DNA of 44,720 nucleotides. It comes from an uncultured Acidimicrobiaceae bacterium (GTDB lineage: Bacteria > Actinomycetota > Acidimicrobiia > Spongiisociales > ZC4RG35). Below are positions 38,919 to 44,720 of the stretch, piece by piece. The notes beneath the pieces were generated by a model. That model did no database searches. It saw nothing but the letters and a program-made list of their open reading frames with translations, and was not told the DNA's origin. Within the stretch, counting starts at the first letter, position 1. Every line of letters starts with the position of its first letter. The stretch lies in NCBI GenBank assembly GCA_964608055.1, contig CAZSMJ010000003.1:1-44720 (forward strand). Direction: 5' to 3'. The position numbers were made by a program, and so were the translations under genes.

Positions 38919-40393
38919 TCCTCGTCCCAGTCCATGTAGGCGAGGAGCCCGTGCCGACCACCCTCGCGCCCAAACCCGGACTCTTTGTACCCGCCGAATG
39001 GGGAGGCCGGGTCGAACTTGTTGTAGGTGTTGGCCCAGACCACCCCAGCCTGAAGCCGGTCGGCCATCCACAGGATCCGTGAGCCCTTCGACGTCCACAC
39101 CCCCGCCGAGAGCCCGTACGGCGTGTTGTTCGCTTTCTCCACCGCCTCCTCAGGTGTGCGAAAGGAGAGGATCGACAACACCGGCCCGAAGATCTCCTCC
39201 TGGGCGATGCGGTGGGATTGAGCGACGTTGGTGAACAGCGTCGGTTTGAAGAAGAACCCGCGCTCGGGAAGGACACAATCGGGCTGGAACATCTCGGCCC
39301 CTTCGTCGCGACCGGAATCGACCAACTCGGTGATCTTCTCCAACTGGGCCCGGCTGTTGATCGCCCCGACATCGGTGTTCTTGTCCATCGGGTCGCCAAC
39401 CCGCAAAGTGGAGAGCCGCCGCTTCAACTTGTCGACGAACCGATCGTGGATGTTCTCCTGAACCAGGAGCCGGCTCCCGGCGCAGCAGACATGGCCCTGG
39501 TTGAAGAAGATCCCGTTGATCACCCCTTCGATCGCCTGGTCGAGAGGCGCATCCTCGAAGACCACGTGAGCCGCCTTGCCCCCCAATTCCAAGGTCAGCT
39601 TCTTGTGACTCCCTGCGAGTTGGGTCGCGATCAGCTTGCCGACCGCAGTCGATCCGGTGAACGCCACCTTGTCCACATCGTCATGGCCGACCACGGCAGC
39701 TCCGGTGGCACCCGCTCCCGTGACCACATTGAACACCCCCGGCGGCAGCCCGGCCTCGGCCGCGATCTGGGCCACGATCAAGGCAGTGAGCGGCGTGGTC
39801 TCAGCCGGCTTCAGCACCACGGTGTTCCCCGCCGCCAACGCCGGAGCCACCTTCCAGGCCAGCATCAACAACGGGAAGTTCCAGGGGATCACCTGACCGG
39901 CAACACCCAACGGCCTTGGACGGATCCCCGGGAAGGCGAACTCCAGCTTGTCCGCCCATCCGGCGTAATAGAAGAAATGACCCGCCACCAGCGGAAGGTC
40001 GACGTCACGTGACTCCTTGATCGGCTTGCCACCGTCCAGGGTCTCCAGGACCGCCAGCTCCCGGGACCGCTCCTGGATCATCCGGGCGATGCGGAACACG
40101 TACTTGGCTCGCTCCGCCCCATCCATCGGCCCCCACACCTCGGTATAGGCGCGGCGGGCGGCGGCCACTGCATCGCCGACATCGGCCTCTCCCGCTTCTG
40201 CAACTTCGGCCAGCGGCTCCTCGGTCGCCGGGTTTATGGTTGGGAAGTACTTCTTCGACTTCGGGCTGACGAACTTGCCGTCGATGAACAGCCCGTAGCG
40301 CTCCTCGATGTTGGCGATGTCGGCCGACTCCCGGGATGCGGCGTATTCCCATTTCAAAGGAGCGGTGACAGGGGTTGCGATTTCGATGGCCAC
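38915..40393 (-). CDS. NAD(P)-dependent aldehyde dehydrogenase
   Basis: 492 aa with VIPWNFPLLM, LELGGKAA, FFNQGHVCCAGSR (catalytic Cys), EEIFGPV and PFGGYKESGFGRE. Confidence 0.93.
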   Translation of the reverse strand: MAIEIATPVTAPLKWEYAASRESADIANIEERYGLFIDGKFVSPKSKKYFPTINPATEEPLAEVAEAGEADVGDAVAAARRAYTEVWGPMDGAERAKYVFRIARMIQERSRELAVLETLDGGKPIKESRDVDLPLVAGHFFYYAGWADKLEFAFPGIRPRPLGVAGQVIPWNFPLLMLAWKVAPALAAGNTVVLKPAETTPLTALIVAQIAAEAGLPPGVFNVVTGAGATGAAVVGHDDVDKVAFTGSTAVGKLIATQLAGSHKKLTLELGGKAAHVVFEDAPLDQAIEGVINGIFFNQGHVCCAGSRLLVQENIHDRFVDKLKRRLSTLRVGDPMDKNTDVGAINSRAQLEKITELVDSGRDEGAEMFQPDCVLPERGFFFKPTLFTNVAQSHRIAQEEIFGPVLSILSFRTPEEAVEKANNTPYGLSAGVWTSKGSRILWMADRLQAGVVWANTYNKFDPASPFGGYKESGFGREGGRHGLLAYMDWDEE

Positions 40394-40395
40394 GG

Positions 40396-41349
40396 TCAGT
40401 CCTTGGTGAAGTAGTCGGGAGATGAGTAGCGGCCGGTCTGTAGGAAGCGGATCTGCATCAGGACATCATTGAGCAGGGTCGAGGCGCCGAATCGGAACCA
40501 GTCAGGTGTCATCCAGGCCTCACCCAGGGTCTCGTTGAGCACCACCAGGTAGCGAATGGCGTCCTTGGCGGTGCGAATCCCACCAGCGGGCTTCATCCCG
40601 ACCATGACCCCGGTGGCGTCCATGAAATCCCGAATCGCTTCCAGCATCACCAGAGTGACCGGCAGGGTCGCCGCCGGCTGCACCTTCCCGGTGGAGGTCT
40701 TGATGAAGTCGGCTCCGGCAGCCATGGCGAGCAACGATGCCTGGCGGACGTTGTCGAGGGTGACCAGCTCGCCGGTCTCGAGGATTACCTTCAGGTGGGC
40801 GTCCCCACAGGCATCCTTGACCCGCCGGATCTCGTCGAAGACCTTGAAGTACTCGCCCCCGAGGAAGGCGCCCCGATCGATCACCATGTCCACCTCGTCG
40901 GCTCCCAGCCGCACCACCCGGGATACCTCTTCGACTTTGAGATCGGTCTCGACCAGACCGGATGGGAAATAGGTGGCGACGCTGGCCACTTTGACGGTGC
41001 TGCCCTCGGTGGCCTCCACCGCGTACTTCACCATGTTGGGATAAACGCATACGGCGGCCACCGAAGGGACACTGGGATCCAGGGGATCGGGCCGAATCGC
41101 CTTGGCAGACATCTGAGCCACTTTGCCCGGAGTGTCCTTTCCTTCCAGGGTGGTGAGATCGATCATCCTGATGATCATGTCGAGTGCGGCACGTTTCGAC
41201 TCGCGCTTGATGGAACGTGTGGAAAGGGCGGCCACCCGCTCATTGGCCCCCACCTCGTCGACCGACGGGACCGAGCGCAGGAAGGAGCGCAGGGTCGGTG
41301 TCGTGATCCGGTCGGGCAGGATCGAAGTGCGGGCAGGTGCAAGGGTCAC
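40396..41349 (-). CDS. deoC: Deoxyribose-phosphate aldolase (long, DERA-like form)
   Basis: IDLTTLEG. The Schiff-base lysine context is DFIKTSTGK. Also MKPAGGIRT. 317 aa, GTG start. Confidence 0.9.
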   Translation of the reverse strand: MTLAPARTSILPDRITTPTLRSFLRSVPSVDEVGANERVAALSTRSIKRESKRAALDMIIRMIDLTTLEGKDTPGKVAQMSAKAIRPDPLDPSVPSVAAVCVYPNMVKYAVEATEGSTVKVASVATYFPSGLVETDLKVEEVSRVVRLGADEVDMVIDRGAFLGGEYFKVFDEIRRVKDACGDAHLKVILETGELVTLDNVRQASLLAMAAGADFIKTSTGKVQPAATLPVTLVMLEAIRDFMDATGVMVGMKPAGGIRTAKDAIRYLVVLNETLGEAWMTPDWFRFGASTLLNDVLMQIRFLQTGRYSSPDYFTKD

Positions 41350-41419
41350 AGCAGGTCCAATGGTACAGGGGCTGGCCCAATGGACCCTGGGGGGGAGAAA
41401 CGGGCCGGAGGGGGCTGCC

Positions 41420-42508
41420 TTACGCCTGTGGACTCGAGATCAGGTGGTAGGAGATGCCTTGATCGATCGTCATCTCCATCTGGAAGCCGATCAGCTCACC
41501 GGTGGTGTCGTCGGGAATCATCATGTCCATCACGATGTGAGTCGCCGCAGTTGTCTCCGATTGGCGGGCGACACCGGCCTCGGCGTCGAAACGGGTGGTG
41601 CCATTGGAACTCGTGTCATCGATGGAGATCAGGAATCGAAGCTCGCCCATCAGATCTTCGAACTCGGCCGTCTCCTCGGCGGTGGCCTCCTCCGGGATGA
41701 AGGCACCGAATAGCCCACGGAAGAACTCGGCGAGATCGAACTCGATCGGTGTAGTTGTCGAGATGGTGTCGATCACATACACCTCCGCTCCGTCGAACTC
41801 TTCGACAGCGCTGATCGTGTTGGTGACACTGGTGACGATCTGCTCTTCTCCGAGTCCCGGGGTTTCGACCTCATCGGACCAGGTGTCTCCGACGGCCACC
41901 TCCTCGTCGGAGAAGAGCGGTCCGAAGAACTGCCCGGGATCGAGACCGGGGGCCGGTGCGCCGCCGCCGCTCATGGCTCCGAGGCCTCCGAACAGTCCCC
42001 CGAGCGGGTCCTCGATGTCCTCGCCCCCGGCACTGATCACATTGCCCCGCTCATCGACCACGACGGTCACATCTATGGGCTCCATGGACGCAAATTCGGG
42101 AACGTCACTTGAGTCGACCGGCTCGCCGTCGACGGTGCCGGTCACCGCTAGGTCCTCGAAGTCACCCGTGATGTGGATCTCGAAGGTTCCCTCCTCGGGG
42201 CCGGCGGCGACTTCGTGGGTGAAAACCGCGGTGCCGGTGATGTCGATCGATGCCTCACCAGGGATCTCCTCCTCGCCCATCGCTGAAGCATCGCCAGAAG
42301 CCTCGAGTTCGATGTGCTGGTCGAGGCCGACCTCATACTGGAATCCGTCGCCGGCAGCCAAGGAGTAGCTGAGCAGAACGGCCTCGGCCACCGGAGGTGC
42401 TGACGTGGTGGTGGGGTCGACGCTGGGGGTGGTGGTCTCGGTCGACGCGGTGCAGGCGACCAGGACGAGAGCCAGGACCGGGATGAGGGTTAGGGAACGC
42501 TTTGGCAT
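41420..42508 (-). CDS. Acidic secreted lipoprotein, unknown function
   Basis: Lipobox LVLVACTAS and a Thr-rich linker. 362 aa, very Asp/Glu-rich and beta-rich, with a Gly-rich internal loop (GGLFGGLGAMSGGGAPAPG). Confidence 0.65.
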   Translation of the reverse strand: MPKRSLTLIPVLALVLVACTASTETTTPSVDPTTTSAPPVAEAVLLSYSLAAGDGFQYEVGLDQHIELEASGDASAMGEEEIPGEASIDITGTAVFTHEVAAGPEEGTFEIHITGDFEDLAVTGTVDGEPVDSSDVPEFASMEPIDVTVVVDERGNVISAGGEDIEDPLGGLFGGLGAMSGGGAPAPGLDPGQFFGPLFSDEEVAVGDTWSDEVETPGLGEEQIVTSVTNTISAVEEFDGAEVYVIDTISTTTPIEFDLAEFFRGLFGAFIPEEATAEETAEFEDLMGELRFLISIDDTSSNGTTRFDAEAGVARQSETTAATHIVMDMMIPDDTTGELIGFQMEMTIDQGISYHLISSPQA

Positions 42509-42581
42509 ATTGGTCAGGTTATCGGCATTCGGGAGCTTTCCTTTTAGGACTGAACAAGACCACAGTTAGCGTGCCGGATTC

Positions 42582-43487
42582 ATGAACCCCTGGGCTCCAC
42601 TGATCGCCGCCATCCTGGGCTGGGGCTCGGGTGCGGTGGTCACCAGAGCGTTGGTCGGAGGAGAGGTGGACACCTTCACCATGCTCCCGTTCCGGCTTGG
42701 CAGCGCCCTGATCGTCATGCTCGTCGTCATCGTCTTCTGGAAGAGGTTTCGCAGCACGGATCGTCGGGCATGGAGCCGGGGAGTCACCCTGGGCACATTT
42801 GCCATGGCGATACCCATGATCCTGCTGACGATTGCCCTGGAGGACTTGCCGGTCAGCCTGGGCGGCCTGCTCATCGCCCTGGTCCCGATCGTCACCATCT
42901 CCGCCGCTCATTTCATCGTTCCTGGCGAGAGGTTCAACCCGCGTTCGGTGCCCGGCCTGATCGTGTCACTGGCCGGAACTGCGATCCTGGTCGGAATCGG
43001 CGGTGACACCGTTGCCGGCGTCGGAAACCTGTGGCGTGGAGTTACGTATTCGCTGCTTGGGGTCGCCCTGGCCGGGATCGCTGGTGCGCTCAGCCGCCGT
43101 TTCGCCCTGGAGGTGGGCGGCGACGCCCTGGTCATCCCCCAGTTCACTGCGGCCACCGTGGTTCTCTTTCTGCTCCTCCCGGTCTTGGGGTCCTCCCCGG
43201 CCGCTATTGGCGCCAGCGACTGGGTCCTCATCCTCGCCCTCGGCATCCTGGGAACAACCATCCCCTTCACCGCCTTCCTGGTCGCTGCGGAGATGAGCCC
43301 GGCAAGCCGCCTGGCTGTCTCCGGCTATCTCGTCCCGGTGGTTGCGGTAGTGCTGGCGGTGATCTTCCTCAGCGAGACGATCAGCCTCGCCGTGGTCGCG
43401 GGAGCTGTGCTCATCATCGGGGGGGTGGTGATGGCGGAGCGGGCCACGCCACATGTGCCCGAACCGGGGTTCTCGACGGCTCAATAG
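42582..43487 (+). CDS. EamA/DMT-family transporter
   Basis: 301 aa with about 10 TM segments in two EamA-like halves. Confidence 0.85.
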   Translation: MNPWAPLIAAILGWGSGAVVTRALVGGEVDTFTMLPFRLGSALIVMLVVIVFWKRFRSTDRRAWSRGVTLGTFAMAIPMILLTIALEDLPVSLGGLLIALVPIVTISAAHFIVPGERFNPRSVPGLIVSLAGTAILVGIGGDTVAGVGNLWRGVTYSLLGVALAGIAGALSRRFALEVGGDALVIPQFTAATVVLFLLLPVLGSSPAAIGASDWVLILALGILGTTIPFTAFLVAAEMSPASRLAVSGYLVPVVAVVLAVIFLSETISLAVVAGAVLIIGGVVMAERATPHVPEPGFSTAQ

Positions 43488-43527
43488 CGACTGTCGGGGT
43501 CCAACCCCTGGTTTACCCTCATCTTCA

Positions 43528-44720
43528 ATGAGTCGTCGCATCCTCGTCGCCGTCGCGTGGCCCTATGCATCGGGCTCTCTTCATCTCGGCCATCTGGGCG
43601 GCGCCTACCTCCCCTCCGACATATTCGCCCGCTATCACCGGCTCGCCGGAAACGACGTGATAATGGTCTCGGGTTCGGATGCCCATGGGACTCCGATCAC
43701 CGTCCGCGCCGACGAGGAAGGCATCACCCCGCGGGAGGTGGTCGACAAGTACCACGCCGAGATCCTCGGATATTGGGAAGCGGTCGGGATCTCCTTCGAC
43801 CTCTTCACGACCACCATGACCGAGAATCACCACGCAGTGACCCAGGACATGTTCCTCAGGCTCTTGGAGAAAGGCCATCTGGTCAAAGGCACGTCGACCC
43901 AGTTCTACGACCCAGAGGCCGAGAGATTTCTCCCCGACCGGTATGTCGAAGGAACCTGTCCCCATTGCGGGTACACCGAGGCCCGGGGCGACCAATGTGA
44001 GAACTGCGGGCGCACCCTCGACGCCATCGACCTGATCGACCCTCGGTCCCGTCTCAGCGGGGCCGCCCCGGTGCTCCGTGACACAGAGCACTATTTCTTC
44101 CGGCTCCCTCAATTCGCCGAGCCCCTCAGGGCGTGGCTCGAGACCAAGACCACCTGGCGGCGGCACGTGAGGAACTGGGCCCTGGGCATGATCGAAGAGG
44201 GCATGCCGGACCGGGCGATCACCCGCGACATCGAGTGGGGGGTCGAGGTTCCAGTGGACGACCTCGGGCCGGGGAAGAGGATCTATGTCTGGTTCGACGC
44301 GGTCATCGGATATCTGTCCGCCGCCAAGGAATGGGCACAGCTCAGCGGCGATCCCGAGGCGTGGCGGAGATGGTGGGAAGATCCCGAGGCCGAGTCCTAC
44401 TACTTCGTTGGCAAGGACAACATCCCGTTCCACACCGTGATCTGGCCAGCAATGCTTCTCGGGTATGGGGGGCTCAACCTCCCCACCGACGTGCCGGCCA
44501 ACCAATACATCACCTTCAAAGGGGCCAAGGCCTCGAAATCGAAAGGCGTGGGGCGATCCATCGGCTGGTACGCGGAGCGGCTCCAGCCCGACGCGCTGCG
44601 TTACGCCATCGCATCGGTCCTCCCCGAGCAGAACGACACCGATCTCACCGACGAGGAGATCATCCGCCGAATCAACGACGAGCTGGTCGCCACCTGGGGC
44701 AACCTCGTCAATCGAGTCCT
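43528..44720 (+). CDS. metG: Methionyl-tRNA synthetase (5' portion; continues beyond the right edge)
   Basis: My own translation from ATG 43528 stays open to the window end. Sequence: MSRRILVAVAWPYASGSLHLGHLGG (HIGH motif as HLGH), zinc knuckles CPHCG...CENCG, WFDAVIGY, KDNIPFH, and KMSKS as KASKSKG. Not in the ORF track because no stop lies in the window. Confidence 0.93.
   Translation, partial: MSRRILVAVAWPYASGSLHLGHLGGAYLPSDIFARYHRLAGNDVIMVSGSDAHGTPITVRADEEGITPREVVDKYHAEILGYWEAVGISFDLFTTTMTENHHAVTQDMFLRLLEKGHLVKGTSTQFYDPEAERFLPDRYVEGTCPHCGYTEARGDQCENCGRTLDAIDLIDPRSRLSGAAPVLRDTEHYFFRLPQFAEPLRAWLETKTTWRRHVRNWALGMIEEGMPDRAITRDIEWGVEVPVDDLGPGKRIYVWFDAVIGYLSAAKEWAQLSGDPEAWRRWWEDPEAESYYFVGKDNIPFHTVIWPAMLLGYGGLNLPTDVPANQYITFKGAKASKSKGVGRSIGWYAERLQPDALRYAIASVLPEQNDTDLTDEEIIRRINDELVATWGNLVNRV

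Noticed and set aside
41355-41395. Repeated CCAATGG motifs upstream of deoC as a regulator site
   Set aside because: There are only two short imperfect copies (GGTCCAATGGTAC and GGCCCAATGGACC). No adjacent regulator is encoded, so chance occurrence cannot be excluded.
40795-41700. 301-aa + strand ORF
   Set aside because: Antisense to deoC and the downstream lipoprotein gene, with a non-protein-like composition.
43525-44505. 326-aa minus-strand ORF, the largest ORF-track entry at the right end
   Set aside because: Antisense shadow of metG. The + strand frame from 43528 carries the HIGH, zinc-knuckle and KMSKS motifs and stays open to the edge.

Overview
High-GC (about 63-65%), very compact actinobacterial chromosome segment, probably Acidimicrobiia-like (inferred from composition and gene order only). 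About 46 CDS and one tRNA. No rRNA, CRISPR, transposase, integrase or recognisable defence gene.

The left third (4.3-17.6 kb, minus strand) is the conserved actinobacterial backbone pth-rplY ... mfd-mazG-eno-ftsB-DUF501-ppx, ending at tRNA-Leu(UAA). This order matches what I recall for M. tuberculosis Rv1014c-Rv1026. metG, the Rv1007c equivalent, runs off the right edge. It is absent from the supplied ORF track because it has no in-window stop.

Between these anchors lies variable metabolic and transport content:
- an ABC-2 exporter co-transcribed with a small Xre regulator and a membrane protein
- a divergent glutamine-amidotransferase / glutamine-synthetase-like pair
- an FAD-domain-only mini flavoprotein next to an orphan PAS histidine kinase
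- a CUT2-type sugar ABC operon with a Gfo/Idh/MocA oxidoreductase and xylulokinase
- an HmuTUV-like heme/iron importer surrounded by three uncharacterised secreted proteins
- deoC with one full aldehyde dehydrogenase and one that lacks the catalytic domain

I see no clear-cut novel multi-gene system. The best leads are:
- the secreted-protein / hmuTUV locus, including a protein with an Arg/Asp-repeat tail
- the catalytic-domain-less ALDH partner
- a 34-bp palindrome in front of the sugar operon
- the mini-flavoprotein/kinase pair

All family calls come from motif recognition by eye. No database searches were run.
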